Sequence record: OZ346160.1
Strand: one strand, 5' to 3'
DNA length: 51,691 bases
Source of the DNA: a phage
In this document: in pieces, positions 20,104-28,251 of the stretch
Layout: each line of letters begins with the position of its first letter
Position numbering within the stretch: the first letter of the stretch is position 1
The notes under the pieces: model-generated
What the model was told of the DNA's origin: nothing
What the model saw: the letters and a program-made list of their open reading frames with translations, nothing else
Databases searched by the model: none
Program-made: the position numbers and the translations under genes

Positions 20104-20409
20104 ATGGCTGAGTATGGAATTTCAACGTGGGATGCAAACGGTAATTATAATAACTATGGGATCAAACCTGTTTCAGTTGTTGGTGTTATAAGCCTTTCCG
20201 CTGGTCAGACAAGCGGATCGTGGAGTTTTAGCATTCCAAGTGGTTTTAAGGTTGGGTATGTTGTTTCACTTGATGAGGGCGCTAGAGGGGTTGGGAGGGA
20301 AATAGTGGCATCTGGAAACACAATAAGAATTAGTCCTACATCGTCAGTTGGTCCAAATAGGTATTCTTCCTCAAAGTGCGAGTTAGTTGTTTTTCTTGAG
20401 AGGGCTTAA
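20104..20409 (+). CDS. hypothetical tail-associated protein (MAEYG family)
   Basis: Start MAEYGISTWD with GGAGG RBS; N-terminus paralogous to next gene. Confidence 0.4.
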   Translation: MAEYGISTWDANGNYNNYGIKPVSVVGVISLSAGQTSGSWSFSIPSGFKVGYVVSLDEGARGVGREIVASGNTIRISPTSSVGPNRYSSSKCELVVFLERA

Positions 20410-20410
20410 A

Positions 20411-21049
20411 ATGGCTGAATATGGAGCAATGTTATCTTTACCAAATGGGAATCCATTTATCACACCAAAATCAACGCCATTTTGCTTATATGGCAAGTAC
20501 ACTTATTCATCTTCTGGCACTTCTGCCTATCATAGCGCAAGCGCAAATATACCATTAAATCAATCTTATCCATGTATGGCATTTATAAAAACAACAAACA
20601 CACAGCAGCCAACCGCATTAATAGCTTACAGGAACGGTGGCAACATTTATGTAAACGGAGGCAATCCATACGGGCAATCATTTACAATGACTGTTTATAT
20701 ATTTGCTATCTTCCCTCAAACTCTACCCAAATATGGTATGGCAATATGGGATGAAAGCGGAAAGTTGGTTTTAACTAATGAGAGCAGGGTACTAACAGAC
20801 CTTGTAACAATTGGTACTCCTGGATCTTCTGGTGGGACGAATATAGATCAGACATTGTCTGGTTCTTATGCTGTTTGCCCATCAAGGCTTGGTGCGGTTA
20901 TAGGTATGGGTGCGTCTGACATATACACATCGTGCAGGTATAATGGTTCAAGCACAAGGATAAGTGCGGCAAGGACAACTCCAGGAACAGGATCTATAAC
21001 AAACAACGGAAATTCAATAATTGCAATAAAGACTGATATTTACGACTAA
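20411..21049 (+). CDS. hypothetical tail-associated protein (MAEYG family)
   Basis: Start MAEYGAMLS; contains internal repeat of the MAEYG/WD..G motif (KYGMAIWDESGK); bidirectional terminator downstream. Confidence 0.45.
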   Translation: MAEYGAMLSLPNGNPFITPKSTPFCLYGKYTYSSSGTSAYHSASANIPLNQSYPCMAFIKTTNTQQPTALIAYRNGGNIYVNGGNPYGQSFTMTVYIFAIFPQTLPKYGMAIWDESGKLVLTNESRVLTDLVTIGTPGSSGGTNIDQTLSGSYAVCPSRLGAVIGMGASDIYTSCRYNGSSTRISAARTTPGTGSITNNGNSIIAIKTDIYD

Positions 21050-21051
21050 TT

Positions 21052-21083
21052 AAAAAAAGGGGCTTTTGCCCCTTTGTTTTTAT
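21052..21083. terminator. bidirectional terminator between convergent tail and lipoprotein genes
   Basis: A-run, GGGGC-tttt-GCCCC, T-run. Confidence 0.6.
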
Positions 21084-21311
21084 TTAAAGACTGCAATCAG
21101 CGTTTTTAAAGTTATCAATGCTTACCCACTGAAAATTAAATGGATAGCCAGCCTTAACAAGAGTGCGATCGCCAACTCGTTTTGCCCCAAAGATAGCAAC
21201 TGAATACTGCATTCCGCTATTTTCATAAATAGCCGTGCATTCACGTTTAGGCATATTTGCGCAACCAGTCAGCGCAACGGCTGCGATTAAAACGGCAATT
21301 AACTTTTTCAT
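21084..21311 (-). CDS. small lipoprotein, Cor-like superinfection exclusion candidate
   Basis: 75 aa; signal peptide with lipobox LTGC; convergent with tail genes, as for cor genes that follow tail fibre genes in T1/phi80-type phages; assignment by position and lipoprotein character only. Confidence 0.5.
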   Translation of the reverse strand: MKKLIAVLIAAVALTGCANMPKRECTAIYENSGMQYSVAIFGAKRVGDRTLVKAGYPFNFQWVSIDNFKNADCSL

Positions 21312-21340
21312 CTTTTCATCTCCTTTGTTGTTGTTGGTTC

Positions 21341-21385
21341 AACTATACACGATTTTAAGGCGCGCGTTTAGCAAAAAGTGCTACT
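21341..21385 (-). promoter_or_regulatory. cassette copy upstream of Cor-like lipoprotein gene
   Basis: Reverse-complement reads AGTAGCACTTTTTGCTAAACG followed by TATAGT about 39 nt downstream. Confidence 0.45.
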
Positions 21386-21489
21386 TGTTATTTTTTGTTT
21401 TCCGGTGTTATCGGATTTAAGACGGCGTAAATTTAGCGCAAATTTTAGCCAACATAAGAACAATAAATAATCAATAAAATAGATATATA

Positions 21490-21700
21490 CATATAAAATC
21501 AATAGTTTATTTATTTATGTATGTATATTTGTTTTTTCTTGTTGTCTGTGTTTCTTGTGGTTTTGGTTGTTTGTGGTGATTTTTCTTTCTGAGTATCTGT
21601 ATGTGCCATCATTCATGTGTATGTATATAATCCGGCGTATCTGAGAGAACAAGGGAACAAGAAAAATAACACATATTAATCATTGACTTACGTTTCAAAT
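21490..21700. repeat. AT/TG-rich regulatory region, paralogue A
   Basis: Shares TTATTTATTTAT(G)TATGTAT, T/G-rich TTGTNGT tracts and GGGAACAAGAAAAA with 42500..42770. Confidence 0.5.
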
Positions 21701-21753
21701 TTGTTTTCTTGCAATCTAAGAACGTTTAGAAAACAGAAAAAACAAAACAACTA

Positions 21754-21781
21754 TTGACTAAATCAACCAAATGGCTACAAT
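21754..21781 (+). promoter_or_regulatory. sigma70 promoter (recombination operon)
   Basis: TTGACT (21754..21759) - 16 nt - TACAAT (21776..21781); AAGGAG RBS and ATG 21812 follow. Confidence 0.6.
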
Positions 21782-21811
21782 GCACACACAAAGCAACAAG
21801 GAGCATCAAAG

Positions 21812-22867
21812 ATGAGTGATTTTAACGCCTACACTAGCGAAGAAATGAGCAATGAGCTTTATCATGATCCTAACGCGTGGACGGCTGAATACGTCAGCGG
21901 TTCCAGCTTGGCGGAGATTTACAGCACTTGCCCGGCGTACTGGAAGTACAAGCCTCGCCAGGAAACTAAGGCACTTGTTTTCGGTACGCAGTCGCATACC
22001 AATTTTGAAAGCAAGGAGTTATTCGAAAAAACATATCGCCGCGCACCGTCGCAGGATGACTTTAAAGATCTGATCGCAAGCCAAACGGCGTTGGCTTCAA
22101 AGCTGAAATCTTTTGGCCTGAAAGGCACGACGGGTAAGCAGTATCCAGAATTGCTGGAAATGCTGTACAAGTGCGGTGAGGATCTCAATGTATGGTGGCT
22201 TATCGAAATGATGGCAGAATGCCAGGCCGCAGCGGACGGAGTGCAGTTAATCGACGCGAAAGACTATGATGCCTGTGTAGCGATGCGGCGCGTACTTGAG
22301 GCAATACCTGAGCATAATGCTTGCATGAATAGCCCAACCGCGCAGCGTGAAATGTCAATATTCGGGATCATCAATGGCGTAAAAGTTAAAGTGCGTCTTG
22401 ATCACGTTGACGTAAACAAGGATGTAAAGGCCACAATCATTAACGGTTACGACGAAAAAGGCCGACCGATTTATGAAGAAGTCATCTATCCAGAAGCTGT
22501 GATTATCACTGACTATAAAACAACGGTTAGCGCAAATCCGGTTGACTTCCAGCGCCTGGCTTACAATCACGGCTATTATCTCAAAATGGCTTTGCAGCAT
22601 GATTTATTTAAAAAGGCGTATCCAGACGAGGAAAGGCCAGTAATTGTGAGATTGCTTGCTCAAGAGAAGAAAGAGCCTTACTTGCCGCTCGCATTCCGCA
22701 TGAACATTGAGCAATTGAAGATCGGGCGTATCCAGTACATGAGCGTGATCAACAAGTTCAACGTTTGCCAACAGTTAGATGAATGGCCTTCGTATGCAAA
22801 CGGGCAACCAGAAATTGATCTTGATACTCCTGATTGGGTGCGCGCTCAATTCAGGCAGTATCTGTGA
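21812..22867 (+). CDS. recombination exonuclease (PD-(D/E)xK, RecE/YqaJ-like)
   Basis: 351 aa; D-x-K nuclease motif VIITDYKTT; first gene after consensus sigma70 promoter; followed by annealing protein and SSB. Confidence 0.55.
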   Translation: MSDFNAYTSEEMSNELYHDPNAWTAEYVSGSSLAEIYSTCPAYWKYKPRQETKALVFGTQSHTNFESKELFEKTYRRAPSQDDFKDLIASQTALASKLKSFGLKGTTGKQYPELLEMLYKCGEDLNVWWLIEMMAECQAAADGVQLIDAKDYDACVAMRRVLEAIPEHNACMNSPTAQREMSIFGIINGVKVKVRLDHVDVNKDVKATIINGYDEKGRPIYEEVIYPEAVIITDYKTTVSANPVDFQRLAYNHGYYLKMALQHDLFKKAYPDEERPVIVRLLAQEKKEPYLPLAFRMNIEQLKIGRIQYMSVINKFNVCQQLDEWPSYANGQPEIDLDTPDWVRAQFRQYL

Positions 22868-22942
22868 CAAACTAAACAAATAGCTAAACTTTTATAATGG
22901 TTGGTGATATAATTCGCCAACCAGATAACGGGAGAATGAGAG

Positions 22943-23200
22943 ATGACAGATAAAGACAATGCCACATTATTGCATTTAGAACGATTCATTGATCGAGTAA
23001 CCATTGCAATGAAAGAATTTATTAAGCCGATGAACATTAAAGAGTCGGAAGAAATGAAGACTTACATCAAGGACGTGGTTGCATCCATTGACAACGTTAT
23101 CCTTGTTGCAACGATGAGCAAGGGAAACAAAGAGCGCGAGAGGTTGGTTGCTGAATCAACAGAAGAATTTATTAAAATGCTTGAAAGCGAGAAGGAATAA
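22943..23200 (+). CDS. hypothetical protein
   Basis: 85-aa ORF between exonuclease and Erf-like gene. Confidence 0.45.
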   Translation: MTDKDNATLLHLERFIDRVTIAMKEFIKPMNIKESEEMKTYIKDVVASIDNVILVATMSKGNKERERLVAESTEEFIKMLESEKE

Positions 23201-23857
<657 letters not shown>

Positions 23858-23860
23858 TAA

Positions 23861-23884
23861 ACGGGGCGCTTGCGCCCCTTTTGT
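23861..23884 (+). terminator. rho-independent terminator between Erf-like gene and ssb
   Basis: GGGGCGC-tt-GCGCCCC followed by TTTT. Confidence 0.55.
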
Positions 23885-23900
23885 CATAGGAGAAAACAAA

Positions 23901-24353
23901 ATGCACGTTATTACAGGTGAGATCAGAAAAGAGCCAAAAGTAAAGCAAATGCCTAACGGCAGCACGCTATATGTTGTTGAGCTTTCCGAGCGATACAAAG
24001 ACAGAGAAGGAAATTGGCAGTATACAAACTATGTGTTTTTCTTTAACGCGAAAACAGATGGCCTGAATGGTTGGTATGCTGAGGCGTTCCAGGTTGGTAA
24101 GGTTATTTCTGTTTCCTGCGATACCTTGCGGGTTGAAACGCGAGAATACAACGGAAAGATTTACAGCACCGTGCAGCCTGGCGGATTTGCAAACTTGCTA
24201 TTTAGCCAGCGAGGTGAAAGCCAGCAACAATATCAGCAGCGAACGCAAGGAGGCTGGGGGCAACCACAACAGCAACAGCAACAAAACCATCAACAGCAAC
24301 CACAGCAAAGCAATCAGCCTCCGATTGACTTTGACGACGACATACCCTTCTAA
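23901..24353 (+). CDS. ssb: single-stranded DNA-binding protein
   Basis: Start MHVITGEIRKEPK with GGAG RBS; OB-fold-like N-terminus, Gln/Gly/Pro-rich linker, acidic C-terminal tip DFDDDIPF typical of SSB. Confidence 0.8.
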   Translation: MHVITGEIRKEPKVKQMPNGSTLYVVELSERYKDREGNWQYTNYVFFFNAKTDGLNGWYAEAFQVGKVISVSCDTLRVETREYNGKIYSTVQPGGFANLLFSQRGESQQQYQQRTQGGWGQPQQQQQQNHQQQPQQSNQPPIDFDDDIPF

Positions 24354-24355
24354 TA

Positions 24356-24390
24356 ACAAAAATCCCCGCACAAGCGGGGATTTTTTTATT
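24356..24390. terminator. bidirectional terminator between ssb and tail fibre
   Basis: A-run, TCCCCGC-acaa-GCGGGGA, T7. Confidence 0.65.
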
Positions 24391-26596
24391 CTGTATCTGT
24401 TGGATTGTTGATTAATTTCGCTACCGCTTTTTTTAGATCCTCTATCTCTTTCTCCATTTTCTCAATTTTGTTTCCCATGTAGACCATAGCGCAAGCCATA
24501 TCAGCCATTATAACGTTATTGTCAAGAGCTAGTGTATCATCTGCTTTGTCAACCACAATCTGACGATCCACATATTCTTCACCTTCATCATTAACGCCTA
24601 TAACATCTGCAAAAATGTCCCCTCCAGGTATTAGCTTTACATATTCAGGATCTATTTTTAACAGATCCTGCGCTATCATCCCGAATCGCTGGATGTTGCT
24701 TCCATTGTATTTAAACATTGTCGGCAGCCACTGCATAACGCGATCATAGCTTTCCTTTCCATCTGTATAAATTATATCGTGCTTTAAATCTCTGTCAGAG
24801 TTAGCGGCCTTTTGAAAAATGAAATTTCCACTTGATGACCATGTGGTTATATCGTTTGATACTGGATTAAAATGGAAGTTACAGAAAAAATCATGATCAC
24901 CACGAAGCCTTAACGAGCAAAGAGGCCATGCATTATTACCTTGTGAGATAAGACCCCAAGTTGCACGAATCGGGTATCCACCAGTTGATTGTGTAGCCCA
25001 AGATAACCCAGGACACCAGCCGCCATCATTATTGGTTATAATTTCACCCCAAACAAGAGCATTACCCCAATAATTTGGATCGTCCCACCCCATTTGTTGA
25101 GTTTTTCCGGTGTATTGAGCAGAATGCGTTTTTCCGTCAGGGTAAAACTTGTGCATATAGCTTTGAACACCATGCTTATACAGTTCAATCCCAAAAGACT
25201 CAATTTGGGCAGCACCACCTCTGATCAAACCTGCGATAGCGTAATCATTATACCAGTGGTACTGGCTTAAACCAGTCCATGCGTTTATCTGTGGGTTCAC
25301 AACTGAAAAGAATCGTGACGGATTGTGATCATTTCCGTCAGCATAAAAACCCTCACCAGGAGCTAAAGCTACCTTTTTTGGACCAGTAAAATTACCATTT
25401 ACATCAAACTGATAATACTGTGATAACCCGTTGTGAAACACACCTATTGTATGCTTTCCTACGCCTACTTGAGTTTCAAAATAAGACTGAGAAGATCCAA
25501 TATCCTCACCTTGTGTATTCTTTAGTGTTGAATGGTATATACCTGCGTTTGCAGTAGTTGCATTTTCCGTTTCGTTTTCAACATTAAGACGCAAAAACTT
25601 TGGTGAATGTTTTTCGCCAAGTCCTATATTGTTTCTGATGCCATTTGCGTCAATAGCTCCAGTGCCACCAGAAGAAATAGCTAAAGGAACAGTTTCAAAT
25701 GACCCAGACCCTGATACGTCCCTCTGGAAAACAAGAAGACCATCATCTCTGATAACAAGCCTATATTCTCTATTTCTAGAGTACAAGATAGTATGCACGT
25801 AGTCCTGAAAAAATGAATCAATGCTAAGCGTCCGGCGAGCTTCATCAATGTCAGAAAGATATTTAAGGTTCTGATCCTTATGCACTAGATTTTCAGGATT
25901 TACCTGTTGCGCCCACTGGCGAGCTTCATCACGCGCAGTTTCAGCGCCAGCCTTTGCATTATTTGCCTCAACGGCATGATTGCCAGCAGTATCGCGCGCC
26001 AGTTCAGCCTGATCGCGAGCATCAAAAGCCTCCTGTTTAATAGCTTCCGTTTCTGCAATAGCAGAATCCTTTATCTGTTGCGTTTGAGTTTTGATTGCGT
26101 CAGTATCCGCTTTAATTTGATTTGACTCAGCGACAGCAGAATCCTTTATCTGTTGAGTGTCATTTTTTAATTGTTCAGTGGCTGCGCGATCTGTTGCTAC
26201 TTGTTGCGCAGATTCCTTAGCTTGATTCACCAGATCCTTTAAGCCATCCAAATCAAAATCTTTAAAAAACTCTATTGCTTCTGCAATTTCTGTTTCCTTG
26301 CTCTGGTAATAACGCAAAGTTTCCGCTACATCCTGCGCAAGCCCGTCAACCGTTAACGAGTCATGAAGCAAGATCAGGTAATTTGTCTTCTGGACTACCG
26401 CGCCGCCAGTAGTAATTGCGCGAATGCTTGTATCGCTAATCACTTCTGTGATCACAGCAGCTTGCAAAGGTTGAGTGAGAAAGAAAATGGTTGCACCTGG
26501 GCGAATCAATGTTAATTGCTCGCGCCATTTTGTGTCGTAACCAGTTACATAACCTTGAGCGTCCATAGACGCTTGGCCTTGTCTGTAAATCGCCAT
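24386..26596 (-). CDS. tail fibre protein with C-terminal intramolecular chaperone (S74-like autoproteolytic) domain
   Basis: Start MAIYRQ with AGGAGG RBS; coiled-coil repeats ([10 protein letters not shown] / [10 protein letters not shown]); C-terminal region has Ser/Lys pair in ANSDRDLK followed by about 120 aa. Confidence 0.7.
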   Translation of the reverse strand: MAIYRQGQASMDAQGYVTGYDTKWREQLTLIRPGATIFFLTQPLQAAVITEVISDTSIRAITTGGAVVQKTNYLILLHDSLTVDGLAQDVAETLRYYQSKETEIAEAIEFFKDFDLDGLKDLVNQAKESAQQVATDRAATEQLKNDTQQIKDSAVAESNQIKADTDAIKTQTQQIKDSAIAETEAIKQEAFDARDQAELARDTAGNHAVEANNAKAGAETARDEARQWAQQVNPENLVHKDQNLKYLSDIDEARRTLSIDSFFQDYVHTILYSRNREYRLVIRDDGLLVFQRDVSGSGSFETVPLAISSGGTGAIDANGIRNNIGLGEKHSPKFLRLNVENETENATTANAGIYHSTLKNTQGEDIGSSQSYFETQVGVGKHTIGVFHNGLSQYYQFDVNGNFTGPKKVALAPGEGFYADGNDHNPSRFFSVVNPQINAWTGLSQYHWYNDYAIAGLIRGGAAQIESFGIELYKHGVQSYMHKFYPDGKTHSAQYTGKTQQMGWDDPNYWGNALVWGEIITNNDGGWCPGLSWATQSTGGYPIRATWGLISQGNNAWPLCSLRLRGDHDFFCNFHFNPVSNDITTWSSSGNFIFQKAANSDRDLKHDIIYTDGKESYDRVMQWLPTMFKYNGSNIQRFGMIAQDLLKIDPEYVKLIPGGDIFADVIGVNDEGEEYVDRQIVVDKADDTLALDNNVIMADMACAMVYMGNKIEKMEKEIEDLKKAVAKLINNPTDTE

Positions 26597-26611
26597 TTGT
26601 AAAATCCTCCT

Positions 26612-26646
26612 AAATAGCACTTTTTGCTAATGACAATTCAGATAAT
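26612..26646 (+). promoter_or_regulatory. conserved motif copy adjacent to tail fibre start (inverted relative to that gene)
   Basis: AATAGCACTTTTTGCTAATGAC then GATAAT; on - strand the motif abuts AGGAGG RBS of the tail fibre gene. Confidence 0.4.
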
Positions 26647-26661
26647 AGCATTTTCAAATGC

Positions 26662-26688
26662 AAAAAAAAACCCCGCATAAGCGGGGCA
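26662..26688 (-). terminator. rho-independent terminator after primase (- strand)
   Basis: On - strand CCCCGC-ttat-GCGGGG followed by T9. Confidence 0.6.
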
Positions 26689-26702
26689 ATACTAGCGGAG
26701 TT

Positions 26703-27632
26703 TTATAGTAGTGATTCGGGCTTGTAGAGTTTTCTTTCTACGCCCTGTTTAAAATTATCGTCAACAGGCATCATTATGTCAAGACCTCTTTCCTCTGCCG
26801 CGATTATCACATCACGATCATCTTTCCGGCAGACTACTCGCATTCTTCTTTCTCCTTTATATCTATGCGCAACCATTTCAAGATTTGAAGGAGTAAAGCA
26901 AGCCCACACCTCTTGACCAGTTGATAAATGAACATGCTGGGAATCAACCCAATCAAGGCACAAATAGATCGTCTTATCTGTGCTACCTGTTTTAACAACA
27001 GATCCGCGCGTGTAGTCGCGAGCTAAAAACCAATCCTTTCCATCCTCATCAATGAAAAGCACGTTACACATTTCATCATCAAGCCCGTCATCATGCACCA
27101 AGTGACAAGGTAGCGCGTGAATGTATCGACCATCCTTGACGCCGCAATCATAATGACAACCTTCCGTCGGATATATCCCCTCATAAACGCTTAAAGGTGT
27201 GCGATCGAATTTTAATGTTTTTGCCATCACTTTTTCGCAGCATTCATGACTTGCCTGTTTCCCGAACGAGTAACCAGAAGAACGCGAAGCGCGTTTGTTT
27301 GCTCTGATCCTGTAATCCTGCGGCACTTTTCCGAGGAAGCGACCCAAAATATTGATGGCCTCGCTGTAAGGTTCGCCAGTTAATTTCATTAACCAACCGA
27401 TCCCCGTGTCGTTACCGCATACGTTGCAGATAGCGCCGCCGTCGCCCTCTTCATTTAGCTTATCAGTCCATCTAAAACGATCCTTGCCGCCGCAGTGTGG
27501 GCAAGGCTGATGCTTTTTGTTGAAAACATCGCTATGCAGTCCGCAAATGCTTTGTAGTGCTTCACGCCATAACCCCTTCATATATGGCAAAACATCTTCT
27601 TTCTGATAGGTCATAAAGTTTTCAGTATTCAT
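26703..27632 (-). CDS. DNA primase (zinc-finger type)
   Basis: Start MNTENF with GAGG RBS; Cys4 zinc motif CPHCGG..CNVCG near N-terminus; terminators on both sides; upstream of helicase region. Confidence 0.55.
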   Translation of the reverse strand: MNTENFMTYQKEDVLPYMKGLWREALQSICGLHSDVFNKKHQPCPHCGGKDRFRWTDKLNEEGDGGAICNVCGNDTGIGWLMKLTGEPYSEAINILGRFLGKVPQDYRIRANKRASRSSGYSFGKQASHECCEKVMAKTLKFDRTPLSVYEGIYPTEGCHYDCGVKDGRYIHALPCHLVHDDGLDDEMCNVLFIDEDGKDWFLARDYTRGSVVKTGSTDKTIYLCLDWVDSQHVHLSTGQEVWACFTPSNLEMVAHRYKGERRMRVVCRKDDRDVIIAAEERGLDIMMPVDDNFKQGVERKLYKPESLL

Positions 27633-27644
27633 GGCAAACCTCAA

Positions 27645-27680
27645 TAAAAAAGCCCAGCAAATATTATCATTTCGCTGGGC
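27645..27680 (-). terminator. terminator/attenuator between HTH gene and primase
   Basis: On - strand GCCCAGC-(15-nt loop)-GCTGGGC followed by TTTTTTATT. Confidence 0.45.
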
Positions 27681-27687
27681 CTTATCA

Positions 27688-28164
27688 TTAGCTATTCGTG
27701 CTGTTATCACCTTTGTAGAATCGTCCGCCTGGTTCGTAGTCTGAATTTTTGACTACGCGCAACATTTCGTATTTGTCGCAACGGGTAGTAAGAGGCTTGC
27801 CGTTAGAATCAAACCGCAGATCTGGACGACAAAACGAGGCGCGGTATCCTTTGCATCCATTATATTTGTAGTCGTTATGCACCTTTTGTGCTCCAGCGGC
27901 TGAAATCATACCACGCTTTCGCCACTGGTTAACGACTTGCTGAGATACGCGCAGACGTCGAGCCATAGCAGGAACACCGCCGTAATACTCGATCAGAATG
28001 TCAAGGCGAGATTTTAGGCTTGCTTTTACCTCATCTCGCAGGATAAGAAATCCGGTTCGGTGTTTTCGTGGCTTTTTGTCTTTACCTCGTCGCGTTCCGT
28101 TGTTACCGTTAATAGTGCGCTTGTCGATCTCACCCGTAGATACTGCAATTCGTGCATCTTTCAT
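27688..28164 (-). CDS. HTH DNA-binding protein (putative transcriptional regulator)
   Basis: 158 aa; HTH-like segment GGVPAMARRLRVSQQVVNQWRKRG; basic N-terminus; divergent from helicase gene. Confidence 0.45.
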   Translation of the reverse strand: MKDARIAVSTGEIDKRTINGNNGTRRGKDKKPRKHRTGFLILRDEVKASLKSRLDILIEYYGGVPAMARRLRVSQQVVNQWRKRGMISAAGAQKVHNDYKYNGCKGYRASFCRPDLRFDSNGKPLTTRCDKYEMLRVVKNSDYEPGGRFYKGDNSTNS

Positions 28165-28174
28165 CTAGTCACCT

Positions 28175-28219
28175 CATAGCATTTTTTGTTAAAACAGTTT
28201 ATTGTAATGAGTCTATTAT
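28175..28219 (+). promoter_or_regulatory. cassette copy upstream of helicase
   Basis: CATAGCATTTTTTGTTAAAAC; TATTAT at motif positions 40-45. Confidence 0.5.
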
Positions 28220-28251
28220 ATACTCCAAATGGCATTTTTTAAAGGTTTAAG

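Noticed and set aside
21400-21800. tRNA or CRISPR array in the AT-rich non-coding regions
   Set aside because: No cloverleaf-compatible segments with conserved T-loop GTTC motif were recognised, and repeats are irregular in length and spacing without spacer architecture
24230-24330. CAG/CAA-rich repeat tract
   Set aside because: It encodes the Gln-rich flexible linker of SSB before the acidic tip; not a microsatellite or regulatory repeat
24067-24411. 114-aa + strand ORF overlapping the ssb 3' end and terminator
   Set aside because: Out-of-frame overlap with ssb; translation is low-complexity Asn/Ser-rich and runs through a bidirectional terminator
28186-28219. TTGTTA within the conserved motif taken as a sigma70 -35 hexamer
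   Set aside because: The -10-like hexamer lies 22 nt downstream in nearly all copies, outside the 16-19 nt spacing sigma70 tolerates; the motif is more likely an activator or upstream site
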